From Octopus bimaculoides (taxonomy: Eukaryota): a DNA stretch of 64,000 nucleotides. Within the stretch, counting starts at the first letter, position 1; each line of letters starts with the position of its first letter. Under the pieces are notes generated by a model that saw only the letters and a list, made by a program, of their open reading frames with translations, was not told where the DNA came from and made no database searches. The position numbers and the translations under genes were made by a program. This document shows, in pieces, positions 1-11,544 of the stretch. Where the stretch lies: NCBI RefSeq assembly GCF_001194135.2, contig NC_069001.1, positions 30,252,474-30,316,473 on the forward strand, written 5' to 3'.

Positions 1-75
<75 letters not shown>

Positions 76-200
76 CATGTATATATATGTGTGAGTGTGT
101 ATGTGTGGTAATATATACATACATTCACTAATATGTAAATGTACGTTCACACATGTATAGATACATACATGCATATATACATACAGATATATGTATGTAT
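1..200. repeat. (TA)n and mixed TA/TG/CA microsatellite
   Basis: Pure (AT)n at the start, degenerating into mixed dinucleotide repeats. Confidence 0.95.
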
Positions 201-395
201 AAATGGATATGGTCTTTCATAAACTACCACCATTCAGGGGGCGCAATGTCGTTGTGCACGTGTTATTTTTGTATATGTTACTGAATCATATTTAAATATG
301 GATGTATAGTTCCATGTGGGTATCTGCGCGCGCAGTCTTTGTGCATACATACAGGTCTATGTATATAAATGCACACACAGACACACTCACAAAAC

Positions 396-426
<31 letters not shown>

Positions 427-1658
427 TATTTATAAAGAAACTGAAAAAGATAAAGAGAGAATGATAGAGAGAAATAAATCGATAGATAGATAGATAGATA
501 GACAGATTTGTTTTACTATGGTTTCCTCTATCGCTAATAACCCTCCCCCATTTCTCACTGATTATTTGCCGTTATCTCTCTATCACACACTCTCCCTCAC
601 ACACTGACACACACACACACACACACATACACACACATATTCTAAGCCACCATGCAGTCCTTTTCTTTCTCTTTACGGCTCTTTCGCTCGTTCCGTTTGT
701 TTCTCTAAATCCTACGTATTTGTTTTAATTTTATTCATTTTTTTTTTTCATTTTTATTTTCATATTCCTTGACTTGACTTCTCCTGACATTGCTTGATTT
801 GGCTTTGTGGAGATAGCGATAGATTTAAAGACATTAGAAGAATACAAACGGTAACTATTTTATGCTATTGTCTTATTCTAAAATGGTAAAGCTTATTTTC
901 TTTTATAGTTCTTATAAATCAAAATCTTGATGGTTTTTAGAGCAATGTAGGTTGTTCTGCTAACGTTAGTAATGGTTGCTAGTGAAATTTGTTCAGTATG
1001 AATGTCGTTTATCATATAAGAAACGCAACATATTTTGATAAGACGAAGACAAAATTGTTTAGTTACAAAGCTGAGGCATGTATCTCTCTGTGTCTCTGAA
1101 CATGTATATGTTCCCCTGTATGTATATATGTCTCCGTATGTATGTGCGTCTGTGTATGTATGTCGAACAAATTTTGTGTATCTCTGAAAGCGTGTATAAG
1201 GAGCGACATACAGCGGAGAACTGAAGGCGGAAGAGTGGTAGGTGAAATCTTAATCATATTGTGTGCTGTATCAATCGGAATAAAACCATCAAAAACACAC
1301 AAAAGGAATCTACGAAAGGAAACATGAAAGACAACAAAGAAAAGAAAAGGAAAAACAACAAAGTATATGAGACGTTGTTTAGTTCTAACTAAACAGCATC
1401 TGTCCTCTTATGATTTAAAAACGTGATTTAGCGTGATTAAACGGGATTACATTTGATTACACGTGATTTACATGAAATCCATTGGCTGAGATTACTAAAT
1501 AATGGATTTCATCATTGCAACTATAAACCTTCTCAGTCGTCGTAATATTGTTATTGGCGGTTTAGGTTAATGGGTAAGACAAGGGGTGCACTAAAAGAGA
1601 GATTCGGGTATGATAGAAAGTATATTATTATTAATATTATTATTATTATTATTATTAA

Positions 1659-1892
1659 GGTGGCGAGCTGGCAGAATCGTTAGCGTGCCGGGCGAAATGC
1701 TTAGCGGTATTTCTTCTGCCGTTACGTCCTGAGTTCAAATTCCGCCGAGGTCGACTTTGCAGTTCATCCTTTCGGGGTCGATAAATTAAATACCAGTTAC
1801 GCACTGGGGTCGATGTAATCGACTTAATCCCTTTGTCCGTTTTTGTTTGTCCCCTCTATGTTTAGCCCCTTGTGGGCAATAATGAAATAAGA
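1659..1892 (+). mobile_element. tRNA-derived SINE family A, full length, tail type 1
   Basis: Head GGTGGCGAGCTGGCAGAATCGTTAGC (A-box-like), GAGTTCAAATTCCGCC (B-box-like), core TTCATCCTTTCGGGGTCGATAAATTAAATACCAG (resembles the MetaSINE central domain), tail TTTGTCCCCTCTATGTTTAGCCCCTTGTGGGCAATAA. Preceded by (ATT)n. About 20 related copies in the window. Confidence 0.9.
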
Positions 1893-1895
1893 AAT

Positions 1896-2017
1896 GTTAG
1901 CACGCCGGGCGAAATACTTCGTGGCATTTCGTCTGTTTTTTATGTTCTGAGTTCAAATTCCCCCGAGGTCGACTTTGCCTATCATCCTTTCAAGGTGCAT
2001 AATTTAAGTACCAGTTG
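1896..2017 (+). mobile_element. SINE family A, truncated tandem copy
   Basis: GTTAGCACGCCGGGCGAAATAC...GAGTTCAAATTCC...AAGTACCAG directly after the previous copy. Confidence 0.85.
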
Positions 2018-2086
2018 GGTAGAGAATGTTTAAAAAAACATAGGAAAATTATGAGTTTGTTTTAAAATTTGAGATTACATAGGCAG

Positions 2087-2480
2087 TATTTTACGTATGA
2101 TACGGGCAGTTCCCATGAGCACTATGTTTTGAATTTCTACAATCTTGGGGTTTCCTGGTATCTGAGCTAGGTAGCTATCAGCTTCTCTTGCTATCATTCC
2201 TATAGCACCTATGACAACGGATAATGTTTTAGTCTTCAGGTTCCATATTTAGCCACTTTCTTTCTCCAGATCTTTATATTTGCTCAGTTTTTGGCACGTC
2301 TTGACAGATACATTTATGTCGATTTGGACAGTATTATCAATGAGGAGGCATGATTCTTGCCTTAAGTCTTTCAACATAATATCTGGCCTATTTGCATCTA
2401 TCTATCAGTTTGAATGGTGAAGTTCCAGTGGAGTGAGATGTGGTCATTTTGACATACATGACACGTTGGGAAGCTGCCAT
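2087..2480 (-). mobile_element. Decayed R4/Dong-like non-LTR retrotransposon, C-terminal restriction-like endonuclease
   Basis: Manual minus-strand translation with frameshifts: ISLHWNFTIQTDR..DANRPDIMLKD..CLLID..KLSKYKDLE..WNLKTKTLSVVIGAIGMI..IPGNPKIVEIQNIVLMGTARIIRKILPM*. This matches the PD-(D/E)xK RLE C-terminus (RPDI..D..K..KY.DL..W..VVIGA.G) of R4/Dong clade elements. Confidence 0.85.
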
Positions 2481-2511
2481 TCTTTATTATTATTATTATT
2501 ATCAGAATAAA

Positions 2512-2725
2512 GGAGCCGAGCTGGCAGAATCCTTAGCACACGAGGCAGAATGGTAAGCAGCATTTCATCAGTCTTAACGTTCTGAGTTCAAATTCCGCCG
2601 ACGTCAACTTTGCTTTTCATCCTTTCGTGGTCGATAAATTAAGTACTAGTGAAAAAGTGGGATTGATGTATTCGTCCAGACCCTCACCACAAATATCAGA
2701 CCTTGTGCCTATAGTAGAAATAATT
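2512..2725 (+). mobile_element. SINE family A, tail type 2
   Basis: GGAGCCGAGCTGGCAGAATCCTTAGC head, GAGTTCAAATTCCGCC, TTTCATCCTTTCGTGGTCGATAAATTAAGTAC, tail CCTTGTGCCTATAGTAGAAA then ATT repeats. Confidence 0.85.
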
Positions 2726-2744
2726 ATCATTACTATTATTATTC

Positions 2745-3042
2745 TCCTTTCGGGCTCGATGAATTAAGTACCAGTGAAATACTGGAATCAATATAATCGA
2801 CTAGTCTCCCTGCCAAAATTGTAATCCCTTGTGCCTTTATTAGAAAGGATTGTTATTATTACCGGACAAGATGCTTAGCGCTATTTCGTCCGTCTTTACA
2901 CCGTAAGTTCGATTTCCGCCGAGCTTTTCATCCCTCTCAGGGTCGATAAAATAAGTACTGATTTAGCAGTAGTATTGATGTAATCGATTTACTTACTCCC
3001 GTGAAATTCCTGGTCTTGTACCAAAATTTGAAATCAATATTT
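2745..3042 (+). mobile_element. Two truncated SINE family A fragments in tandem
   Basis: Core motifs CCTTTCGGGCTCGATGAATTAAGTACCAG and TTTCATCCCTCTCAGGGTCGATAAAATAAGTAC; tail TTGTGCCTTTATTAGAAAGGATT. Confidence 0.75.
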
Positions 3043-3289
3043 TAGCCCGTCTGTCTTCCTGCTTACTTCGGCCGTGTCTTTAGGATTTACTATATAGAAC
3101 CAGAGGCAGCACGAGTTTGAAAATAATTGATATTAGGAAAACCTTCAGAAGAAAGACTAATTAAAATCAGTATCTCCGCTGGTTTGCTGTTGATTGCTGT
3201 GATAATAATAACTGAGCATTTCAGAAATTCAAGAAAAATATTGATAAATTCATGTTGAGCTTTTTAAAGTGTACAAGGCAAAACATTTT

Positions 3290-3640
3290 AAGAATGGATG
3301 TAATAGGCGTTGGCAAGGCTCTGTGGCTACAATGCTCGTTTTGTTACCCTGTGGCTTCTGCGAGAGAAGACCATCGTGTGTGTGCACGTGCGTGAAGGCA
3401 TGGGTGTGTGTGTCTGTATATGTGAATGCACGTGTTTCTGCGTATGTATGTCTGTGTGTGTGGGTGTATTTATACTGTCTTGCCTCTCCAACACTTAACA
3501 GCTAGTGGTATTTTACTTGCCTGTAAATTTGCAACTCGTCAAAAGTAACTCGATAAACAACGTGCCAGTCCTACAAAATACGTATTAGCGCCGATTTTCT
3601 CCCATTGAACCCTTCAAAGCTGCGGTCAATGATAGAAAGA
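3290..3640 (+). mobile_element. Highly decayed SINE family B copy
   Basis: Degenerate match to the family B layout: first-unit end, TG microsatellite, then a second unit (..AACAGCTAGTGGTATTTTAC..GCTGCGGTCAATGATAGAAA). Confidence 0.4.
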
Positions 3641-4072
3641 AGTTAAAGATAAATAATATAGCATATATAATAAAATCATATGAGAAGTCATCCATTTTAA
3701 CCACTGCACATTACTCTGTAAAAGAAAAATTGATAAGAAGAAATTTTGAGCTTGATTCAATCTAGACAGGAACGCGAATAAAAATCACATATATTTGCTT
3801 CGTTGATGTTACCGTTTCTCCCAATAAAGAAATACGATATTAAATAGAAAGTCTTAGTATCTAGAAGAAAATAAATGCCAGTGATGTAGCTATTTCCCAA
3901 AGACACTTGTCAGACAATACATAAACGACGGCTGTAATATAAGACAGAATTCATGCGAACAACCTGCTTTGGAAAACAAGTTGCTCACTTCATTATAAAC
4001 TGTATACAATTTCTCAGAAATGTCTTGAATTCGTCCATCTATCTATCTATCTACCGTTAGATAGATAGGGAC

Positions 4073-4215
4073 AGGCGTGGCTATGTCGTAAGAAGCTTGG
4101 TTCCGGGTTCACACATTCTGCATTGCATCTGGGGCAACTGTCTTTTATTATAGTATCTAGCCGACCAGATCTTTGTGACTGGATTTTTTAATTGGAAACT
4201 AAAGAAATCTAGTCT
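4073..4215 (+). mobile_element. SINE family B head unit, decayed
   Basis: GGCGTGGCTATGTCGTAAGAAGCTTGGTTCCGGGTTCA..TGGGGCAACTGTC..GCCGACCAGATCTTTGTGACTGGATTT..GGAAACTAAAGAA aligns by eye with the copies at 20.7 and 43.4 kb. Confidence 0.65.
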
Positions 4216-4277
4216 TATACTTATATATAATGGATTTCCCCTCTCAGCTGCATGCACATCTACAATATTTTACTCAG

Positions 4278-4474
4278 GTTTGCTCGTTGTGGGTCTCCTA
4301 GAACGTTCGTCGATATCGATATTTTTCTAGCCATCTTGGAAAGGTCTGAAGCACTCGTATCCTTGTGTGAGACTCACACAAGGATACGAGGACTCATACA
4401 CACCTCCGCAAACTCTTTCTCCAACTGTGCGTAGGCCTCTGAGCAGGTGTGCTATGACAGCTTTCTCTGCCATG
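4278..4474 (+). other. Candidate 5' exon ending in ATG (exon start uncertain, 4248 or 4278)
   Basis: CTCTGCCATG|GTAAGT is a consensus donor after a Kozak-like GCCATG. Acceptors: TTTCCCCTCTCAG at 4247 and TTTTACTCAG at 4277. Unique, CpG-richer sequence. No transcript evidence. Confidence 0.3.
4354..4390. repeat. Perfect 18-bp inverted repeat with 1-nt spacer
   Basis: CTCGTATCCTTGTGTGAG-A-CTCACACAAGGATACGAG. Confidence 0.95.
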
Positions 4475-5377
4475 GTAAGTAAATACGAAGCTCGCACGCG
4501 ACTCACGTGCATTCCAAGTAGAACGTGAAACCTTATCGGACGTGCACATCGGAGTTCAAGGTCATTTGTTTTCCAAGCGGCTTTACTATTCGAGCTTTAG
4601 CTCGGTTACTATGGAAACGGAACCGATACTTATTCATAAGACATTATATAGTTATATATTCGTGTACGTACAGAGAAATAGATAAATAAATACATATATA
4701 CATGCATACACAGAGCACGGAGAAACTAATATATGTGCACGTGTGTGTGTATGAGTATTTGGAGGAGAATAAATACTCCAAGCAGCAACAGAATAGCCAA
4801 AGTGTCTGCTAAAATTCCCATTTTCAAAGCGAATATATAAAACTGACGAATACAATAAAATAGTACCGAGCATGCGCGCGCACGTATATAAATTTATTTA
4901 TTTATACAAATACAAACGTATCTATATATATATATATATATATATAAATTATTATTTATATAGATAGGGTGATAAATTGAATATTAATTCACTTTAAAAC
5001 CAAGTGGCCTAGCATATTAAAAAATCTGAAAATTCAGAACAAATTGTATTGTACGTGTGTGTATGTATGTATGTATGTNNNNNNNNNNNNNNNNNNNNNN
5101 NNNNNNNNNNNNNNNNNNNNNNNNNNNNNNNNNNNNNNNNNNNNNNNNNNNNNNNNNNNNNNNNNNNNNNNNNNNNNNNNNNNNNNNNNNNNNNNNNNNN
5201 NNNNNNNNNNNNNNNNNNNNNNNNNNNNNNNNNNNNNNNNNNNNNNNNNNNNNNNNNNNNNNNNNNNNNNNNNNNNNNNNNNNNNNNNNNNNNNNNNNNN
5301 NNNNNNNNNNNNNNNNNNNNNNNNNNNNNNNNNNNNNNNNNNNNNNNNNNNNNNNNNNNNNNNNNNNNNNNNNNNNN

Positions 5378-5419
<42 letters not shown>

Positions 5420-6137
5420 TGTATGTATAAAGGTTAAAAAGTTTCCGACAAAGTGAAGATAGATTGTAATGAAATATAACTAGAAATCAAAGAGAAATTG
5501 CGTACGATGACACATCCATGCTGTCACTCTATGAAAAATGTGTATGGCTTAACAGAAAAACCTAGTCATCGAGCTCCTTTAACGCAAGGCAATTTTTTTA
5601 ATATTGAATATAAGGACTCTTATGCGTCTTGGAAAACGTGATGTTTCTTGCTTTCATCCTTGTATTATGTCATTAAAAAGAAAGTTCGCAAAGTTGTTAG
5701 AAGAGTTTAATCGATTTTATCGCTATTAATACTTCTCTGGTGTTTTTTTTAATGAAATATGATGGGCCTAAATACAAAGTAGTATCCATAAGTTTGAACT
5801 TGAAATGCAACGTGTTATAAAAGAAGAAAAAAAAAGCTGGCTTGATGTTCCAATGTATTTCATGCAAACAGAATTTCTAGCATGAAAAACGACAATAAAT
5901 GTAACAAGAACTATAATTTTCAAGAGAAAAGGTATTGCTATTAATATTGCTAATAATATACATACATGTATGTGTGTGTGTATATGTATATACGGCTTTT
6001 CAGTCGCATTTGATGTAGTCAAATGACATGCCCGATAATTAACTTAACGTTTTTAAACATCTTGGAACTGATCTGAGGTAGCGAATAAAGTTCTTCAGTT
6101 GATATCATCTACTCCTACCACATTACATAAAACATGC

Positions 6138-6200
<63 letters not shown>

Positions 6201-6487
6201 AATGTATGTATGTGTATAGATATGTATGTATTGTATGTGTGTATTGTATCTATATATGGATGGATGGATGGATGTATAAAGAATTTTATATTTAATTGTT
6301 GAATATGTTCCCAGTAGTACGCCTATAAAGCACATTCACTGCGTATGGCTACCTCGTGTCATTCACCGTAATCACACAAGTATCACTGGATCTACCCCAG
6401 GAATTTTTGAGTGCTAGCGCTTCCGCCAGTTCGCCACCTTATACAATAGCAATAATAATTACAGTAATGTTAGTAATAATGAGAATG

Positions 6488-6930
6488 ACCCTTTCTACCA
6501 TATGCATAAGGCTTGAAAAACTTTGTGGCAAGGGATAAGTGGTCTACATTGATCCTAACATACTACTGGTACTTACCTTATAGAGCCCGAAATGATGTAA
6601 TTTAATATCGACCTCAAATGGATATGAACTCAACACGTAAAGACGGACTTACTACCGCCATGCATTTTGACCGGCCTGCTAACGGTTCTCACAGCTTGCC
6701 ATGTTAACAATAGTTATATGCTTCTTTTCTTGATTGCTTAGCACAAGATTAGCAACATGGAGTGTAGAGGAATTCGGTCACATAAACAGCTTTGATCAAC
6801 AGGTATTTATCTCATCGACCCGGAAATGATGAAAGTCAAAGTCCACCGAGCGGTATGTGCACTCAGAACGGAATGATGGACGAAATACCGAGAGCTATTT
6901 TGTCCGGCATGTTAACGATTCTGGCTGTTC
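6488..6930 (-). mobile_element. Two decayed SINE family A copies
   Basis: Reverse-complement core motifs CTGGTACTTACCTTATAGAGCCCGAAATGATG and GGTATTTATCTCATCGACCCGGAAATGATGAAAGTCAAAGTC. Confidence 0.65.
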
Positions 6931-6963
6931 ACTGCATCAATAATAATAATAATAATAATAATA

Positions 6964-7133
6964 ATATTCCTTTCTACTATAGGCACAAGGCCTGCAATTT
7001 GGGGAAAGAAGGAGAACCCGAAAGGATGAAAGGCAACGTCAACATGGGCGGAATTTGAACTCCGAACGTAGCGATGGCGAAATACTGCTAAGCATTTCGC
7101 CCAGCGTGCTAACGATTCTGCCAGCTCGCCGCC
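6964..7133 (-). mobile_element. SINE family A, tail type 2, internally deleted
   Basis: TCCTTTCTACTATAGGCACAAGG...GGCGGAATTTGAACTC...CTGCCAGCTCGCCGCC, flanked by (AAT)n; the central GGTACTTA..TCGAC segment is missing. Confidence 0.9.
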
Positions 7134-7164
7134 TTAATAATGATAATAATGATAATAATAATAA

Positions 7165-7380
7165 TAATCCTTTCTGCTATAGGCAGAAAGCCTGGAATTT
7201 TGGGGGAGAGTTATAGTCGATTAGATCGACCCCATTGCTCAGCTATTACATATTTTATCGACTCCGGAATGATAGAAGTCAAAGCCGACCTCTGCGGAAT
7301 TTGAACTCAGAACAGAAAGACGGACGTAATGTCGCTAAGTTTTTTTCTCGGTGTGCTAGCTATTCTGTCAGGTCACCACC
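7165..7380 (-). mobile_element. SINE family A, tail type 2
   Basis: TCCTTTCTGCTATAGGCAGAAAGCC...GGAATTTGAACTCAGAAC..., flanked by (AAT)n on both sides. Confidence 0.85.
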
Positions 7381-7385
7381 TTCAT

Positions 7386-7422
<37 letters not shown>

Positions 7423-7439
7423 AACCAAGGCCTACTAGC

Positions 7440-8400
7440 CCCACTAAATATTGGCCAGCACACTGGAATGAGAATAACACAAGCTTTATATAATGAGAAC
7501 GATTTGAGAACGTGAAAATCATGAAAGCGGAAATTATGCACTTGATAGTCCAAACGAGTAAAGAATTAAAACAATAATGGAAATTAATATTGCCGTACCA
7601 AGCTACCTCGAAAGAAATAATCTGAACGTTAAAACAGCAACAAAATGAACGCAGCTTGGACATCACAAACATAAATGAATAGAGATAGCAACATCTATAA
7701 CAAAAGATTAAAGGAAATACTACACGAAACCTCCACTCTAGTTACATAGGAATATAGTTACTTCTCTGATCATACAATTCAGAAATATCATAAACTAAGC
7801 AAACAAACTGGACATCAAACATAGAGTAAAAAGAGAGAATAGAAGAGAAAATATCAGTAAATCCATAATGAGATCAATACCGGCGCGACACAACCGAAAA
7901 AATTAAGAGACAAACACTACAGACACATGATAGAAAATATATCCAAAGGCAAAGAACGGATGAAACAAGAGATCCCCTCTTAATCGTAAACAATGTGTCA
8001 CTATGAAAGGCGACAACGCTTCTTTGAAACTAACCAACACTTCGACTCCAAAGGAAAAAGATTTTATCAACATCGAGATGAAAAATGAAACAGAAATCAA
8101 TGCAGCACCAATGGCATAAGAAATAAAGGAATTTTGTTGGAAAGTGTAGAAGCAGGGAAAAGTTCACCATTAATGAGAACGTTCAAATCACGGATGAAGT
8201 ATTAATACAATATTTAAACAATCGTGGAAAAGCAGAAGAAAATGAAAGTTTACCGAAAGACCGCAAATGAAGAAAAACAACTGAATTAGAGAAATGTTGG
8301 ATGTCTATGTTAAGTGTTTTCCTCAGAAGTTTGGAACTTTAGCAAACATCTGGGAAGTTCAAGGAAGGTATATTAAAAAATATGCATCGTTTGTATCAAG
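7440..8400 (+). mobile_element. Decayed R4/Dong-like non-LTR retrotransposon, pre-RT region of the ORF
   Basis: Manual translation with stops: KERMKQEI..HYERRQRFFETNQHFDSKGKRFYQ (8032-8070), EIKEF, NVQITDEVL. This resembles the LKQ..RY..QN.LF..NQK.FY and I.EFW motifs preceding the RT of R4/Dong elements. Starts right after (AAT)n. Confidence 0.6.
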
Positions 8401-9408
8401 GAACAGACGATACTAGCAATATTGCAAAAAACAACAACAAAGAATAGTAGCTAATAAAAAAAAAAATTTGCCAGGAGCCTACTGTTCGTTGTATTTTGTA
8501 CAAATCCTGGACTTATATAGGAAATCCTGGATTTATATAAGAAAACAAACAAGTATGTTTTGTAGTTATTGCTACCAAAGTACAACTGCAGATTTAGCCA
8601 TGGAAATAAATATTTCTCTTTCAGTCCACTTTTAAACATATTTAGAGCAGTGGGGTTTTGCATTTGATGTTTCGTTTGTGCACGGAATGTTCCGTTTCGT
8701 TGAAAATATATGACAGAAGGACATAAGCTTGTAGGAGGTTCCGTGTATTACGTTCCAAGGATGATGGATAGAACATGAACTCGGACAACCCAAGGGCGCG
8801 GAAGGCGGAGAGATACAAGTGGATCAGAGTAACTGGGTATGTGAAGGAACGAGATCAGACAACTCTGATTAGCGACAAACATAGAAACGATACAAAAAAT
8901 GAGAGAGGTGTCAGTAAGCCCCAAACAAACAAACACCGGCAGCTGCGTATTACATGTTGATCATACGCAGCAAAGATTGTTCGTAACTTTGTCCAGCATA
9001 ATTGGAGCAGTTTCAAAGTTTTTTTCAATTCATAACTTCGAACAATCTTGTAAGTCTTCTTGGTCTGTTTGCTTTCTCAGAAATATATCAGAAGTTTGTC
9101 TCCAAGAGGAACTAATATATGGTGTTAAGACTGTGTTTTAAGATAGATTGCATTAACTATCATTTACCCTTCAATTGCCTTATATCAGGCATTTGGAGTC
9201 AATCTTCCGATCAAAACAAGGAACTTAGTCTTTTTTTATTAATTTGTAATTGCTGATACCATTTCCCAGATGCTTCCTTAAACAGAATTGTCACTGTTAT
9301 TTTGCCGATGAGAGTGAGGGTTGAGATTTGAGCTCATAAAACCAACTGTTAGATATCACCCCGACTAATGCTCTATCAATTCTCCCCGTCTATTTCGATC
9401 GACTTCGA

Positions 9409-9452
<44 letters not shown>

Positions 9453-9454
<2 letters not shown>

Positions 9455-9814
9455 AGGCACAATGGCCCAGTGGTTAGGGCAGCGGATTCGTGGCCATAGG
9501 ATCGCGGTTTCGATTCCCAGACCGGGCGTTGTGAGTGTTTATTGAGCGAAACCACCTAAAGCTCCACGAGGCTCCGGCAGGGGATGGTGGCGAACACAAC
9601 TTTTTCTCACTCTATCTTCCTGTTTCTGTTGTACCTGTATTTCAAAGGGTCAGGCTTGTAACACTCTGTGTCACGCTGAATCTCCTTGAGAACTACGTTA
9701 AGGGTAGACGTGTCTGTGGAGTGCTCAGCCACTTGCACGTTAATTTCAGGAGCAGGCTGTTCCGTTTATCGGATCAATTTGAACCCTCGTCGTCGTAACC
9801 GACGGAGTGCCAAC
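9453..9814 (+). mobile_element. tRNA-derived SINE family C, full length
   Basis: GGAGGCACAATGGCCCAGTGGTTAGGGCAGCGG (A-box), GGTTTCGATTCC (B-box), 3' part GGAGTGCTCAGCCACTTGCACGTTAATTTC...GTCGTAACCGACGGAGTGCCAAC. The 3' part is shared with the copy at 17.4 kb. Follows (TG)n. Confidence 0.85.
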
Positions 9815-9990
9815 ATGCATACATAGATATATATATTCCGATAGGGGGCAGGTCAAACTTAGTCCAACTTGAAATCAGAGTGCAGTCAGCTTGAACGATT
9901 CCCAGAATACATTTTATAAAAACTTAGAAGAATTCACTTCATGAACCTAGTGGGGAGAAGGAGAATTATATCTTTTTTGTCTAATCACTC

Positions 9991-10070
9991 TGCCAATCCA
10001 AAACAATTGAATCAAAAGCACAAAACTCCAGTAAACTGAAATCCAGAAAGATGAAGTCCACATACAATAA
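9991..10070 (+). repeat. Dispersed ~85-bp repeat, copy 1 (copy 2 at 11161-11248)
   Basis: TGCCAATCC..AAAAGCACAAAA..CTCCAGT..TGAAATCCAGAAAGATGAAGTCCAC..ACAATAA in both copies. Confidence 0.85.
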
Positions 10071-10561
10071 CGACAGACGAAATTCCGCTAAGCATTTCGC
10101 CCAGCATGCCAACGTTTCTTTTTTCTGTACTACACACAGAGGGGACAAACAAGGACAGACAAACGGATTAAGTAGATTATGTCAACCCCAGTGAGTAACT
10201 GGTACTTATTTAATCGACCTCGAAATGATGAAAGGCAAAGGCGACCACGGCGGAATTTGAACTCAGAACGTTGCGGCAGAATAAATACCAAGCATTTCGC
10301 CCGGCATGCTAACGTTTCTGCCAGCTCGCTGCCTTTGCTTGCGTATATTCTTTTCTACTCTATGCACAAGGCCCGGAATTTTGAGTGAGGGAGCCAATCG
10401 ATTAGTTCGAACCCGGTACACAACTGGTTTTTAATTTATCTACCCCGAAAGAATGAAAGGCAAAGTCGACCTCGGGGCTAATTTGAACTCAGAACATAAA
10501 GACTGACGGAATTCCCTAAACATTTCGTCCGGCGTGCTAACGTTTCTGCCAGCTCACCGCC
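10070..10561 (-). mobile_element. Tandem SINE family A cluster: head fragment, tail-1 copy (10130-10333), tail-2 copy (10345-10561)
   Basis: Repeated CATTTCGCCC..GCTAACGTTTCTGCCAGCTC and GAATTTGAACTCAGAAC motifs. Confidence 0.9.
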
Positions 10562-10579
10562 TTGGGAGGAAAATGATAT

Positions 10580-10830
10580 TGCTGTTGCTGTTCTTGTACA
10601 TGGTGGTGCTGCTAATGTTGCAGTTCTTACTGTTATTGTTGCTGCTGTTCCTCTTGTTGCTGTTGCTGTTACTGCAGCTGTTTTTTTAATGCTCCTATTG
10701 CTGCAGAAATCGTTGTTGCCTCTGTGGACGTTGCTGCTGCTGCTGTTGTTGTTGTTATTGTTATTCCTACTGCTGCTCCTGTCAATATTATCGCTGGTGT
10801 TACTGTAGTTATTCCAATTAATGCAGTTGT
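10580..10830. repeat. Cryptic GCT/GTT trinucleotide low-complexity tract
   Basis: Degenerate (GCT)/(GTT) runs. Confidence 0.85.
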
Positions 10831-11442
10831 ATCTTAATCATATAATCTCTGTCGTTATGTTACTTCTCTTTCCAGCACGAGAGAATTTTAACGCAGTTTC
10901 CTTTCGTAAGATTTTCTAAATTTCATTGTTGTTCTATTCCTTCATTTTGCTGAGGATGATGCTATGGTTGTTTTCTATTTTGTTGCGTTTAATTTTGTTA
11001 TTGGCTTTGCAAAGCGTGTTGTTGCTTTTCACTAGATATGTGGCTTTTCTTGGCTTTTTTATCGCGATGCTCTTTTCTGGGAATCCTTTAAATGGCTAAA
11101 TTCCTTTCTGAACCTTGTTATTCTAACCGCTATTTTTCTTGTACATCATCTCTTTCATTCTGCCAATCCCATCCAATAGAAACAAAAAGCACAAAATAAA
11201 GGACTCCAGTGAAATGAAATCCAGAAAGATGAAGTCCACGAACAATAAAAAAAAATTAGAGACAAATGAAATAGAAGCATCATTATTCTGTCCGAAACGA
11301 AACGGTAAATGCAATTTAAATTTCCTGCATGAAAAATTGAAAGAAGGAAACCTACAAAACAACCCCATTGCGTAATTAAATAGATTTGAACCCAAGAAAA
11401 TACTGATACTCAGAACAAGTACTTCAACTCTCAGTTCATATG

Positions 11443-11480
11443 AATTCATTAGCGAGATCTTCAAATCTCGCTAATGAATT
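11443..11480. repeat. Perfect 16-bp inverted repeat with 6-nt loop
   Basis: AATTCATTAGCGAGAT-CTTCAA-ATCTCGCTAATGAATT. Confidence 0.95.
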
Positions 11481-11544
11481 ATAAAAAAAATGTTAACATT
11501 CGTTTTTAAGTGACACCCCTAATCTATGACAAAATTATTGTAAC

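Noticed and set aside
10580-10830. CAG/CAA-rich minus-strand tract as a polyQ or poly-Ala/Thr coding exon
   Set aside because: It is degenerate low-complexity sequence next to a SINE, with no convincing splice boundaries or recognisable flanking peptide.
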